The position numbers were made by a program, and so were the translations under genes. A stretch of 63,805 bases of DNA, the filler included, from Octopus bimaculoides (lineage: Eukaryota): NCBI RefSeq assembly GCF_001194135.2. It is 6 parts of 6 records of this genome, joined end to end, with 100 filler letters (N's around TTAATTAATTAA, not from the genome) between each part and the next. Parts side by side here need not be neighbours in the genome. Positions count along the whole stretch, not along the records: positions 1 to 18,668 come from NC_069005.1; positions 18,769 to 41,378 come from NC_068999.1; 4 more parts are not named here. One strand, written 5' to 3'. Positions 11,356-23,834 of the stretch are shown one piece after another; the stretch's first letter is position 1, and each line of letters starts with the position of its first letter. The notes under the pieces are model-generated. The model was not told where the DNA came from and did not search any database. It saw nothing but the letters and a program-made list of their open reading frames with translations.

Positions 11356-11785
11356 TAAGTTAATAAAAGAAAAATTTAGAAAAAAACGTAGAAGTGGGGC
11401 CTGGGTGGAGTTTAGGAACGATAAGACGGCGGTGGACTCGCATGGGATCAAAGGAACCCTATTATGTCAGGCTTGAACAAAACAGAAAGGGATTCAGTTT
11501 TGCAATAAACTACCACCAGATGGCAGTACTCGAGGGTTCTTCAATAGAAACACTTCATTCTTTCAGGTTATAGACTGAATCATGTTGGAAATGGTTGCAG
11601 GAATATCTGGAATAATATCTGTGAGATATTATTATCTGTAAGGAGATGAAGTGGCATTCTAGACACACTTCACAGTGCCAGCACACGCATTGAACACACG
11701 TCCCGGAGTTTAGAATGACTGTGCGCTTACCTCTTTGGACAGACATACAAACAGCTAGCACAGACTAGCCGGCATAGACACAGAG

Positions 11786-11873
<88 letters not shown>

Positions 11874-12084
11874 ATGTGTGTGTGTGTGTGTCCGTTGTAA
11901 ATAAAATTATAAGCTTTCACCGTATATTGACTACAGTACGTAGTCTAATATGAGCCTTATACATGTGTGAGTGTTTGTGTGTGTGCATGTGTGTGTGTAT
12001 GCACACATACACACACATACATATGCATATATATACGCATACGCATATGTGTGTGTATGTGTGTGTACATGTTTGTATATGTCG

Positions 12085-12385
12085 GTACTCCGTCGATGAC
12101 AAGGACGAGAGTTCCAGTGGATACGATCAATGGAACAACCTGCTCGTGAAATATTAACGTGCAAGTGGCTGAGTACTCCACAATCACACGTACCCTTAAC
12201 GTAGTTCTCGGGAAGATGGGACAAGTCTGACCCTTTGAATTATAGGTACTACTCATTTTTGTTATCTGAGTAGACTGTAGCAATGTGAAATAAAGTGTCT
12301 TGCTCAAGGACACAACGAGCTGCTGGGAATTGAACTCACGACCTTACAATCGTGAGTCGAATATCCTAACCGCTAAACCCCTCAC
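12085..12385 (-). mobile_element. SINE family D (tRNA-like head)
   Basis: A-box-like tagcggttagg, B-box-like gagttcaattccc, then gttgtgtccttgagcaagacacttt. Related copies at 15198-15340 (-) and about 19058-19250 (+). Confidence 0.8.
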
Positions 12386-12604
12386 TTTCACTTATGCATA
12401 TAAGTACATACATATATATAGTGATTGCCATCTTCTTGTGCTTCCTCTTTGTTTATTAACTGCAGAATTATTTCCGGACTTAACGCGCCAGATTGAAGAC
12501 ATTTGAAATGATACGCTGAATGTAATTTGTAGAACTCTACACGTGCTCCCTTTCGTGTGGACGTCTTGTGTCTAATTCTGGAAATTGCATTGCGAATCGA
12601 TGGA

Positions 12605-12669
12605 CTACGCTGACGATCCTGCAGATATTTACTTATGTAAATTTTAACAGGTGAAACCATGGTACGTAG
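12605..12669 (+). ncRNA. Minimal type-I hammerhead ribozyme motif (Penelope pLTR-like)
   Basis: Stem I ctacg/cgtag; core CTGACGA at 12610-16; stem II cctg..cagg with inner atttac-ttat-gtaaat; GAAA at 12653-56; palindromic accatggt; GUA cleavage triplet (cut after 12664). U-U instead of R-Y at 10.1/11.1. Confidence 0.75.
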
Positions 12670-13724
12670 GTTAATCGTTTTTTTATTTAGTATTTTTTCA
12701 TTTGTCTTGCCCTTTTACAGTCTGTTGTGTCGCTAAATTTTTACTGAGAACATATATTTTTTTCGTGGTTAGATGATTCGGCATCTATTTGTAGCATATA
12801 GGAGTCCACTTTTGCTGGTCATTCCTCTTANNNNNNNNNNNNNNNNNNNNNNNNNNNNNNNNNNNNNNNNNNNNNNNNNNNNNNNNNNNNNNNNNNNNNN
12901 NNNNNNNNNNNNNNNNNNNNNNNNNNNNNNNNNNNNNNNNNNNNNNNNNNNNNNNNNNNNNNNNNNNNNNNNNNNNNNNNNNNNNNNNNNNNNNNNNNNN
13001 NNNNNNNNNNNNNNNNNNNNNNNNNNNNNNNNNNNNNNNNNNNNNNNNNNNNNNNNNNNNNNNNNNNNNNNNNNNNNNNNNNNNNNNNNNNNNNNNNNNN
13101 NNNNNNNNNNNNNNNNNNNNNNNNNNNNNNNNNNNNNNNNNNNNNNNNNNNNNNNNNNNNNNNNNNNNNNNNNNNNNNNNNNNNNNNNNNNNNNNNNNNN
13201 NNNNNNNNNNNNNNNNNNNNNNNNNNNNNNNNNNNNNNNNNNNNNNNNNNNNNNNNNNNNNNNNNNNNNNNNNNNNNNNNNNNNNNNNNNNNNNNNNNNN
13301 NNNNNNNNNNNNNNNNNNNNNNNNNNNNNNNNNNNNNNNNNNNNNNNNNNNNNNNNNNNNNNNNNNNNNNNNNNNNNNNNNNNNNNNNNNNNNNNNNNNN
13401 NNNNNNNNNNNNNNNNNNNNNNNNNNNNNNNNNNNNNNNNNNNNNNNNNNNNNNNNNNNNNNNNNNNNNNNNNNNNNNNNNNNNNNNNNNNNNNNNNNNN
13501 NNNNNNNNNNNNNNNNNNNNNNNNGGACACAACGAGCTGCTGGGAATTGAACTCACGACCTTACAATCGTGAGTCGAATATCCTAACCGCTAAACCCCTC
13601 ACTTTCACTTATGCATATAAGTACATACATATATATAATAATACAAATAATATGTGAGTATATGCACATATACGTACATGTATGTACATACCTACATCTA
13701 CATGTATATATAGATGCATATCTG

Positions 13725-13835
13725 GGTACAGGACGTTACAAAAAACGTGGACAAAATGAAAAACAGAACATAAACAGAGTACAGAAAACATACAGTCCAC
13801 AAAGAGAACATTTCCTTCATCAGTTGCCACCATTC
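13725..13835 (+). repeat. Dispersed repeat family E
   Basis: gggtacaggac/tgt..aaaac..ccttcatcagttg is shared with 20030-20135 (-) and 57785-57960 (+). Confidence 0.6.
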
Positions 13836-15057
13836 TATATGTATATATATGTATACCATATGTTTGTATGATTTTTTCTTCGAGTTTTATTTAAGTTATT
13901 CAGAGAGTTCCTGGTGTTTGTAAATATGTCGTTGAATTGGTGAATTGGTTGGAGTGTATATATGTATGTATGTATGTATGCGTGAGCGTTTGTATGAGTG
14001 CATATATGTAGGTTTGTATGTTAATAATATCTTAAAATCCCAGTTTTGAAAGTAAAGACGAAGGGGGACACTGAATAAGGGATGCACAATCTATTGACAT
14101 ATTTAAAGGTGAAATACTTTTCCTCGTCACTTATGTCGAACGCTACTGCGGTCATCAGGTGAAGAGTTCACCAGATCATCCACACCCACTCACACATCCA
14201 CACCCATACACGTGTGTCTGCATGTTCGCGTACGATCTGTGTCGTAGAAAGAAGAAGAAGAAGAAGAAGAAGAAGAAGAAGAAGAAGAAGAAGAAGGTGA
14301 AATGTAGGAGCACTTATTGTGCTAAGCCTGCTCCCTTGCCTGCCATCTCACCTCTTACCTCTACCTCTTACACCTGTCGTTTACCTTGATAAATGTACTA
14401 CCTGACTTATAGTATTATCTCGCTGATACCCCATTCCATCACGCACCAAATATTAGTCTTTAGTTTGTTTTTATCTATATCCGCTTATATGTGCGTGTGT
14501 GTTGTTGTTGTTATTGTTGTTATGATTGTTGTTATTAGTGGTGGTGGTGGTGGTGGTGGTCATAGGGGCGGTAATGTTGTTATTGTAATTGTTGTTGTTC
14601 AGGTTAACCCTTATCGAGCAGGTGTTCTAGCCGGAAGACCACCTTGCATTTTTGTCCGACAGTGTATTTAGGACTACATTGTGTAATATGTTCTGCCTTC
14701 GTTCACGACGCTACCGATGTGATATGGCAAGAACTTCACTGTATTTTCTAGCATATCTGGAAACTCCTTTGTTGAGCTGCCTTCCTGGATATAAAGTAAC
14801 TTATTGAATAAATAATAGTCGTGTATCAACACAAACACTAAATCAATAAAATTTGCACGGACCCATAAAATTGCTAGAGCATCGAATGGGAGAACAAAGT
14901 GCCTCTAATACTAGTTTATGAGTTCAAATTCAGCTGAGGTCAGCTTTGTCTTTCGTTCTTCCTATATCAATAAAATTAATCACGTGTCAAGTACTTGGGT
15001 CTCCATTTCATTGTTATTATATAGGAGAGAATAAAAGGCGGCGAGCTGGCAAAATCC

Positions 15058-15198
15058 TTTCTACTATAGGCACAAGGCCTGAAATTTTGGGGGAGGGGGA
15101 CTAGTCGATTACATCGACTCCAGTGCGTAACTGGTACTTAATTTATCGACCCCGATAGGATGAAAGGCAAAGTCAACCTCGGTGGCATTTGAACTCGT
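15058..15198 (-). mobile_element. SINE family A 3' part (tail type 2)
   Basis: Same body and gtgcctatagtagaaaggat tail as 4322-4475. Confidence 0.85.
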
Positions 15199-15340
15199 TT
15201 TTACAGCTGAGTGGACTGGAGCAACGTGAAGCGAAGTGTTTTGCTCAAGAACATAACAGATCTCCCGGTCTAGGGATCGAAACCACAGTCTTACAGTCGT
15301 GAATTCAACAGCCTAACCACTAAGCCGCGGGCCTCCACTC
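15198..15340 (-). mobile_element. SINE family D head
   Basis: gagtggaggcccgcggcttagtggttagg..ggtttcgatccc..ttcttgagcaaaacactt. Confidence 0.8.
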
Positions 15341-15479
15341 AGTTAAAGACATTATATAAATTAGCCCAGTAATTTAATTTTCAATTACGTTTATGTATTT
15401 TGTTTCCTGGTGTGAAATCGTGTGTTGAAATAGATATTCTTATCTTTGGAGAAGGTCATATTGTTACCATTTAAACACG

Positions 15480-15530
<51 letters not shown>

Positions 15531-15531
15531 T

Positions 15532-15750
15532 ATATTTGGTCTTCACTTCAGCTTTATTCTTATTGTTATTTCAGTGTCTTCGTCTAAGCTCTTTCGTCAT
15601 GCATCCTGTGACCTCACCAAAGAAATAAGCAGAACAAGAGGAGACACGTGGGATAGAGAAGTCGCTGATGAGGTCACAGGATGTGTGACGAAAGAGCTTA
15701 GACGAAGATACTAAAATAGTAATAATAAAGCTGGAATAAAGACCAAATAT
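15532..15750. repeat. Inverted repeat of about 85 bp containing a degenerate hammerhead core
   Basis: Arms 15532-15616 and 15669-15750, roughly 85% identical, 52-nt spacer. CTGATGA begins at 15665; the right arm continues g-gtcaca-ggatg-tgtgac-GAAA. Confidence 0.85.
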
Positions 15751-15874
15751 GTTTAATTGGCAAAACATGACCATCCCCAAGGATTACAATATTCATTTTT
15801 AATGTTTACTGAGAAAACGAAAAATGTGAGAGTAAAATTTTATTTTAGTTTATATATTTGTTTTATATTTTTTC

Positions 15875-16245
15875 TTATAACTTTGTTTGTTTCAGTCATT
15901 GAACCGTGACCGTGCAGGGACATCACCTTCAAGGGCTTCAGTCGAACAAATCGACTCCTGTACTAAAGACTGTTTTAAGTCTAGTACTTATTCTATCAGT
16001 CTTTTTTGCCGAACCACTAAATTACGAAACAAACCGGTTGTCGAGCGGCGAAGGATTGACAGACACAGACAGACACGCATATATTTATATATACGCGGGG
16101 CTTCTACACAGTTTCCGTCTGTAAAATTCCCTCATAGACATTGGTCGACCCAGAGCTATAGTAGTAGAAGACACTTGCCCCCAAGGTGACGCGAAGTGCG
16201 ACTAAACCCGAAACCACACGTTTGCAAAGCGGGCTTCTTAACCAC
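15875..16245 (-). mobile_element. SINE family B, near full length
   Basis: Both head (gtggttaagaagcccgctt..ggtttagtcgcact..caccttggggcaagtgtcttct) and tail are present. Confidence 0.85.
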
Positions 16246-16469
16246 AATGTTTTTCGTTATTTTAATGAAGCTCAAGTTGAGTCATGTTCTGGGTAGTTTG
16301 TATGCAACATTCTGAGTGAATCAACATTACAGGATCAACTGAAGATTGTTAGTAATTTATCTAAAATAAAGCGAATTCATATGATTGTAATTATTTCGGG
16401 GTATTTATAAAGTCAGGCAAAACCGGATACAGCTGCAAGTATTCTTATAAGACATCCTAAATGTGAATG

Positions 16470-17200
16470 GGGTTATAATAGAAAACTAACTTTCCATTTC
16501 GTTCTCCTGGGGGCCGATAAAATCAACTGCTATTCAAATTACTGATACAGATTTAATATTTCTATATAGCAAAACTGCGAGCTGACAGAAACGTTGCCGT
16601 GCCAGGCAAAATGCTTAACGGCTTTTCGTCTGTCTCTACGTTCTGAGTTCAAATTCTGCTGAGGTAGACTTTAAGGATCGATAAAATCGATACCAATTGA
16701 ACACTGGGGTAATCGACTTGCCACCTTCCTCCGAAATTACTGGTTTTGTTGCCAAAATTTGAAATCAATATTTTGTTCGTGGTTTAAATTCAGCCGAGGT
16801 CAGCTTTGTCTTTTATTTGTATCGATAAAATTAAGTAGCAGTCAAGTAATTGAGTCTCGATTTACTGTTATTATGCAAGAGTTAATAAAGCGGTGAGCTG
16901 GCAGAATTGTTGGGTACACCGAACAAAATGCTTAACAGTATTTCTTTAGTCTTTACGTTCTGAGTTCAAATTCCGCTGTGGTCGACTTTGCCTTTCATCC
17001 TTTCAGGGCCAATAAAATAAGTAATCGACTTACACCGTCTGCGAAATTGCAGGCCTTGTGCTAAAATTTGAAGCTAATATTTCTATAAAGCATCTTTGAT
17101 GTGAATGGAATTATAATAGAAAACTGAAACTGCAGGGTTTCCATTAAAATATCTGTCTAATACTGGGATTGATTTAATGTTCCTTCCTATAAAGCTTCTT
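16470..17200 (+). mobile_element. Head-to-tail array of SINE family A copies and fragments
   Basis: Copies at about 16575-16775 and 16888-17080 with intervening fragments. 16790-16900 resembles 14925-15050. Confidence 0.7.
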
Positions 17201-18289
17201 AGATGAAACTGGCACCATAATAGAAGATAAGCTGGAAAAATTAATTAATTAATTAATTAAATGATTGGTTGATTACTACCTTGTTGATGATGATTAGGTT
17301 TTTAGTTCTTTTTTTTTTTTTCGTAGTAAGAAATGTGAAAGAAGAACATGACAAATGAGAGGTGTGAACGGCACAGAGACAGCTATTAAAAGAGGAGAAA
17401 TCAGTGAAGTGACTCAACTAGGAATCGAAACCATATTGCGAGCACGTCTTTACGGGAACATACCACCTACCACTGTATAATACAGGTGCTGGAAACAAAG
17501 CTAGTCACTTCATTTTGTTGTCTGAGCTGCTAGACATTACCCTCAAATCACATTTTAATGTCCCAAAAACAATGAATAAACAAAAATTAAAATTTAAAAT
17601 GAAACGCACATTACATAATGGAGTCCTAGATGCACTATGCCTGAAAATAAGATGTGAGTGTCATGGCTAGAACATCTTGAATTAAAGGTTAGCTACATAG
17701 TTTGTGCAAAATGCAGATTAATCTGCGTATAATACACTCCTTTTTGTAATTTATTAGTGAAAGTAGTTTCTTAGAATGCGTAGTATATGCCAATTGAACA
17801 ATCCTATCTACTAAGTCCTCTTTAATATGAATTAATTGCGTAACTGTGGGTAGTTAAAAATTGTGCTCGGTTGCTTATGAAATCCCAACACAGGGCTCAA
17901 AATAATCCGGTTGATCCGTTTTACTATTTTCTACAAAATATTTTATATACAATGTGTTTGCATCTATCCCTTCATACAACATTTGTGGTTAAAAAGCTCG
18001 CTTTGAAATCGCGTGATTACGGATTCAGCCCCACTGCGCAGCACTCAGGGCAAACCGTCTACTATTTCACCTTCAGCGGAATCCTTTCTGTTGCAAACAT
18101 TCAGGTAACGTCTTTCGTCTGAAGATAATTTTCTGCCTTCCTCTCTTCCTCATTTCCGTCCACCAATCTTTGGGGCCTTGCAAGAAGGTCCCAGAACGTT
18201 GACCTTTATTTTATGATTGAGTCATATAAATAAAACAGTTCATTCGTATAATACATCCACATTTATATATTTATATTTTTCGCCCGCAC

Positions 18290-18668
18290 TTCCACATTTG
18301 TGGTTTAACATCCAACTCCTTCACTTTTGTAGTTTTTAGACCAACACTTCCACATTTGCATACTTGCACATTTCCACATTTGTTTTTAGACTCACACATC
18401 CATTTGTGATTTTCCGCCTACACTTCTATACTTCCATTTGTGATTTTCCACCCACACTTCTATACTTCCATTTGTGATTTTCCACTCACACTTCTATACT
18501 TCCATTTGTGATTTTCCACCCACACTTCTATACTTCCATTTGTGATTTTCCACACACACTATACTTCCATTTGTGATTTTCCACCCACACTTCTATCCTT
18601 CCATTTGTGATTTTCCACTCACACTTCTATACTTCCATTTGTGATTTTCCACCCACACTTCTATACTT
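18290..18668. repeat. 34-bp minisatellite running into a gap
   Basis: Unit cacttctatacttccatttgtgattttccac[c/t]ca, about 7 copies from 18421, with diverged units upstream. Confidence 0.95.
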
Positions 18669-18783
18669 NNNNNNNNNNNNNNNNNNNNNNNNNNNNNNNN
18701 NNNNNNNNNNNNTTAATTAATTAANNNNNNNNNNNNNNNNNNNNNNNNNNNNNNNNNNNNNNNNNNNNATATGTATGTATGTT

Positions 18784-18819
<36 letters not shown>

Positions 18820-20256
18820 AATACATATGAAAGAGAGGGTGTAACAGACATAAAGGGAGAGAGTGTAATGCACACACATGCACACATGCACACATGCACT
18901 CTCACGCATGCGCACCCCCGCCACGCACTCGTACTAATGTGTACATACTGCTAAATAATTTAGATCTATACAATATATTTGACAAATATAAAAATAATAT
19001 TATGCATCACTATTGCAACATACAGTGTTAAATCATTCTCTATCAGACGTTCTTGTGAACGCACATGGGGTAGTGGTTAGAGTATTTTGCTCAGGATACT
19101 AAGGCCCTATGCTCGAATCCCGGCGGCGCATTTTGTCCTTGAACAAGATATTTTATTTGACCTAGCGCCAGTCCAGACAACTGCCTAAAATGAGTACTTG
19201 TAGATCAATGGACCAAAATTGTCACATTCTATGCCACGCTGAATCACTCATAGAAATACGTGGTGTGCTCACCCACTTGTACGTTGATAGGTTCAACTGA
19301 AATACTCATCGTCATAAGCGACGGATTGCCAGTTTTATCAGTCGCTCTGACTCTCACTCTTTCTCTGTCTTTGTGAGTGCATATACGTAGACACACATAC
19401 ACACGCGGATATATGTTCAAACATAAACACACACACACACACTTTTATATATATGTGCTTTCATATGAATATATGTCCGTGTGTGTATGTGTGTGTCTAC
19501 GTATATATATATATATATATATACTTATATATAAAGAATATATATCCTTATATATAAAGAATATATATATATTTAAGAGAGAGACACACAGACAGACATT
19601 AATACGGAGAGATAGATAGACAGATAAATTTACATGTATATACTCATTCCCATTCAGTCCTTCATTGAATCAATATATACATACGTACATACATACATAT
19701 ATATACATATATATATGTAAATATGTATATATACATTTACATACATACTTATATATATATATATACATATGTATACATACAAGTATGTATGTATGTATAA
19801 TGACTACCGGAAACAGGTGTAAGACAAATTTACTTTAATAAAGAAAAATATATAATCACCATTATTTATAGCTTATGAATAAATGCACATATATAAAGGT
19901 GTGTGTGTGTGTGCATGAGCGCGCGTGTGTATGTGTGAGTGTGTGTGAGCGCACAAATATGTAACTATGTACATTTATGTGTGAGTGTGTGTGTGTATAC
20001 ATATACATATATATAACGCCGGTGTTTTAATGGTGGCACCTGATGAAGGAGATGTTTCTATGTGGCTTGCTTGTTTGTTGTACCTTGTTTATCATTTTGT
20101 CCATGTTCTTTTGCCACGTCATGTACCCAGTTATGTATCTATATGTACATGTAGATGAAGGTATGTACATACATGTACATATATATGCATATACTCATAT
20201 ATTGTTTATATATATACGTATATGTAGCTACGTATCTATCTATTGATCGAGCTATC

Positions 20257-20303
<47 letters not shown>

Positions 20304-20904
20304 GTGGAGGGAGAGAGTGAGAGTGAGGGATGTTTTTTAGAGGGAGAGAGGGAGAAAAATCAAGATGTACATAACATTATATATACTCACTTAGGTGGAA
20401 TTTCTCAATGGATATTTTACGGTTGATAATTACAAACCGAAAACTACATTTATGACATTGTTCAATGTTTGATCGTTATTTTTATTACTTATGTAATGCA
20501 TATTATTGTGGATTGACATCACCATCAGCGCAGTGGAGAAAGTGCTTTGCGTCTTGTTACTCACGCTGTTTGCTTTCTGATTTAGAATCCTGCCGAGGTT
20601 AACTTTGCTTTAAATTTCTCTGAGAGTGATCAAATACTAGTTATGGGCGGGGGTTTGTTGATATTCTTGACATACACCCTCCTTTCAAAACTGGTGATCT
20701 AAATTGGAAACAACTATTAGCATAAGCCCTCTTGTAGGAACCTCAGATGTAGCACAGTGTGGATCGGAAGCTCGATCCGGCTTATGAGTTGCTTTCGAAG
20801 GCGCGGCATCTTGTGCATGTGTCTCTTACAACACCGGGACGGAACAATATCTTTGGGCGTATTTAGTTGATAGAATCTGTGCGGATATCTATGGTGTAGG
20901 TGTT

Positions 20905-21030
20905 TAAGGCGCAGGCCTGGCTGTGCGGTAAGTGGTTTGGTTCTCAAGAACATGGTCTGGGTTCAGTCCGAAAGCGGGGCATTGTGAGCAAATGTTTTTC
21001 CCCTATAAACCCGTGCCGACCAAAGACATG
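20905..21030 (+). mobile_element. SINE family B head
   Basis: ggcgcaggcctggctgtgcggtaagtgg..gggttcagtcc. Confidence 0.75.
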
Positions 21031-21220
21031 ACAGTTGGTTTAGCAGAGGATACTGGAGGAAGTCTGTCGCATATGTATGTGTGCGAGTATGTGTGTGTGA
21101 TTTATCTATCAATCTATCTATCTATCTATCTATCTATGTATCAATCTATCTATCTATCGATCTATCTATATCTATATATCTCGAAAGCCAATGATCGAGA
21201 AGAGAATTATTTCACATTCA

Positions 21221-21251
<31 letters not shown>

Positions 21252-21868
21252 GTGTGTGTTTGTGTAGTAATAGTATTATACAGAAAACTTCAACGAATGT
21301 CTGTCTATCTTGCTATCGCGCTCTTTACCCCTCCTGTCCTTCCATATTTTTACCTACGTACTCACTTCTTTAAATTCAGTCCTCTCTACCGGCCTACACT
21401 ATTACCTATGTAGATTCTCACACGTCTGCCTTTCTGTCTCTCTATTTATCAATCTATATGCATACGCACACACGCACTAAAACACACACTCACTCACACT
21501 CACCACACACACAAGCATACATACGCACATACATACGTACATACATGCATACATATATACACACATATATATATATATATATAGATATATTGATAGATAG
21601 ATATAGACATAGATATATAGTACGTATATATATATATATATATATATATNNNNNNNNNNNNNNNNNNNNNNNNNNNNNNNNNNNNNNNNNNNNNNNNNNN
21701 NNNNNNNNNNNNNNNNNNNNNNNNNNNNNNNNNNNNNNNNNNNNNNNNNNNNNNNNNNNNNNNNNNNNNNNNNNATCGTATTCTAGAACTTTTTCTGTCA
21801 AACTATATATTTCACTACCTGTCTGTGTGTCTGTCTCTCTTTCTATCTGTATATGCGTGCGTATGTGT

Positions 21869-21906
<38 letters not shown>

Positions 21907-21941
21907 CTATCTGTCTTTGTATCTGTCTGTCTATCTGTTTG

Positions 21942-21982
<41 letters not shown>

Positions 21983-23003
21983 TTTTCCGTCCATCTGTTT
22001 GTCTGTCTGTCTATGATATATCTATCTATACACACGTATACCAGACTTCTCTCTAAAATAACCTTTCACAACAATACATCAGGTGATACATTCACAAAAC
22101 TAATTGCTTTATACAAATATGTTCGTTAAATTTTCTAAATATTTTAATCTCAACAAGAGAAGAAAAAACTTTAAAAGAAACAGAAAGAAAGAACAGAGAA
22201 TCTACTCTGAGGTCATGTTTCTATAGTTGTCTTGATATGAATAGTTTTAATGTATCAATACAAAATATGAGTATGGGGAAAAAATATTTCATATATACAT
22301 GTATACAAAGGTACGTGAATAATCCGCGAGGTGTTCGTATGGGTGTATCCATGAGTAAATATATATCTGTTTACACACGGACATACATACAGGTTTTCAT
22401 ACGTAAATGTATATGTGAAAGTTTCTACATATATATAGTTATATAAATATAAATATATATATATGCGTGTATGTACGTATTTATCTTTTTGCTCGTGGGT
22501 ATATTTCTGTTTTATATTTAGTATTTTATACAGACGTGTATAATGTATATCAATATATTACACAGTTAGATGTGCCTAAAACAATGTCCCTATATATATA
22601 TATATATATACATACATACATACATATATATATATGCATATGCGTATATGAATATCCATACATATATATAAGTGTGTATATATATATATATACATATATG
22701 GATATATATATATATTTATATATATATATATGAACATTCACATCTATACATATATATATGTATNNNNNNNNNNNNNNNNNNNNNNNNNNNNNNNNNNNNN
22801 NNNNNNNNNNNNNNNNNNNNNNNNNNNNNNNNNNNNNNNNNNNNNNNNNNNNNNNNNNNNNNNNNNNNNNNNNNNNNNNNNNNNNNNNNNNNNNNNNNNN
22901 NNNNNNNNNNNNNNNNNNNNNNNNNNNNNNNNNNNNNNNNNNNNNNNNNNNNNNNNNNNNNNNNNNNNNNNNNNNNNNNNNNNNNNNNNNNNNNNNNNNN
23001 NNN

Positions 23004-23050
<47 letters not shown>

Positions 23051-23440
23051 ATATATATGCTTATACATTATGCACATAGCAACATGCACGTAAAATTATT
23101 TGTTTGTTTTGTATATCGAGTATAGTGTGTATGTGTGCGTGTGTGTATGTGTGCGTGTACATGCGTAAGTATGTATGCTTGTAGCTGTATCAAATATATG
23201 TTTGTACGTATATGAAAGCAGCTATACTTAACCAGGTAGATTAAATATATATATATATATATATCTGTAAGTCTATATATTTATGCTATATAATTGACAC
23301 TAAACATTTCTCCTGCGCCGACGATGTAAACTAAACTGTTGTTGCATTTATTTCGCCTTTTACAATGCACTGCCTTACCAATGACTCAGTGCGTGTATAT
23401 ATATATATACATAAATGTATATACATACACACATATATAT

Positions 23441-23471
<31 letters not shown>

Positions 23472-23802
23472 AATATATATGCATATATATTTATATGTAT
23501 GTATATACATACACGCACACACGCATACGCATACACACACATATATATCTATATATGCATACACATAGTCATTTATATAGCTACATGTATCTGTATATAT
23601 GCGCATGTAGGTGTGCGTCTCTCTCTGTGCACACACAGACAAGCGCGCGCGCACGCGTTACCTTGTGATTAGTGCAACAGAAAATAATGAGGCCATTATT
23701 CTCGAGATATGAAAAAAGGAAATGAAAACGAACAGACACTTTATTGTGTATGTGAGTGAGTCTGTGCTTGTGTACATATGTGAGCGCCTGAATGTGTATC
23801 AT

Positions 23803-23834
<32 letters not shown>

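Noticed and set aside
12308-13637. Identical 110-bp segments either side of a gap (also 36646-36835)
   Set aside because: Most simply an overlap left unmerged by the assembler; cannot be called a real duplication without reads.
13800-13835. CTGATGAAGG on the reverse strand of repeat family E
   Set aside because: No stem II partner or GAAA follows in any of the three copies.
15198-15340. tRNA genes at SINE heads
   Set aside because: A and B boxes are present, but there is no complete cloverleaf and each head runs into a shared SINE body.
18421-18668. Regularly spaced repeats as a CRISPR array
   Set aside because: The units are contiguous with no unique spacers, and the context is eukaryotic.
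18713-18724. TTAATTAATTAA islands between N runs (also 41423, 46228, 57708, 61739)
   Set aside because: An identical 12-mer with stops in all six frames, always between similar N blocks. This is a scaffolding linker, not biology.
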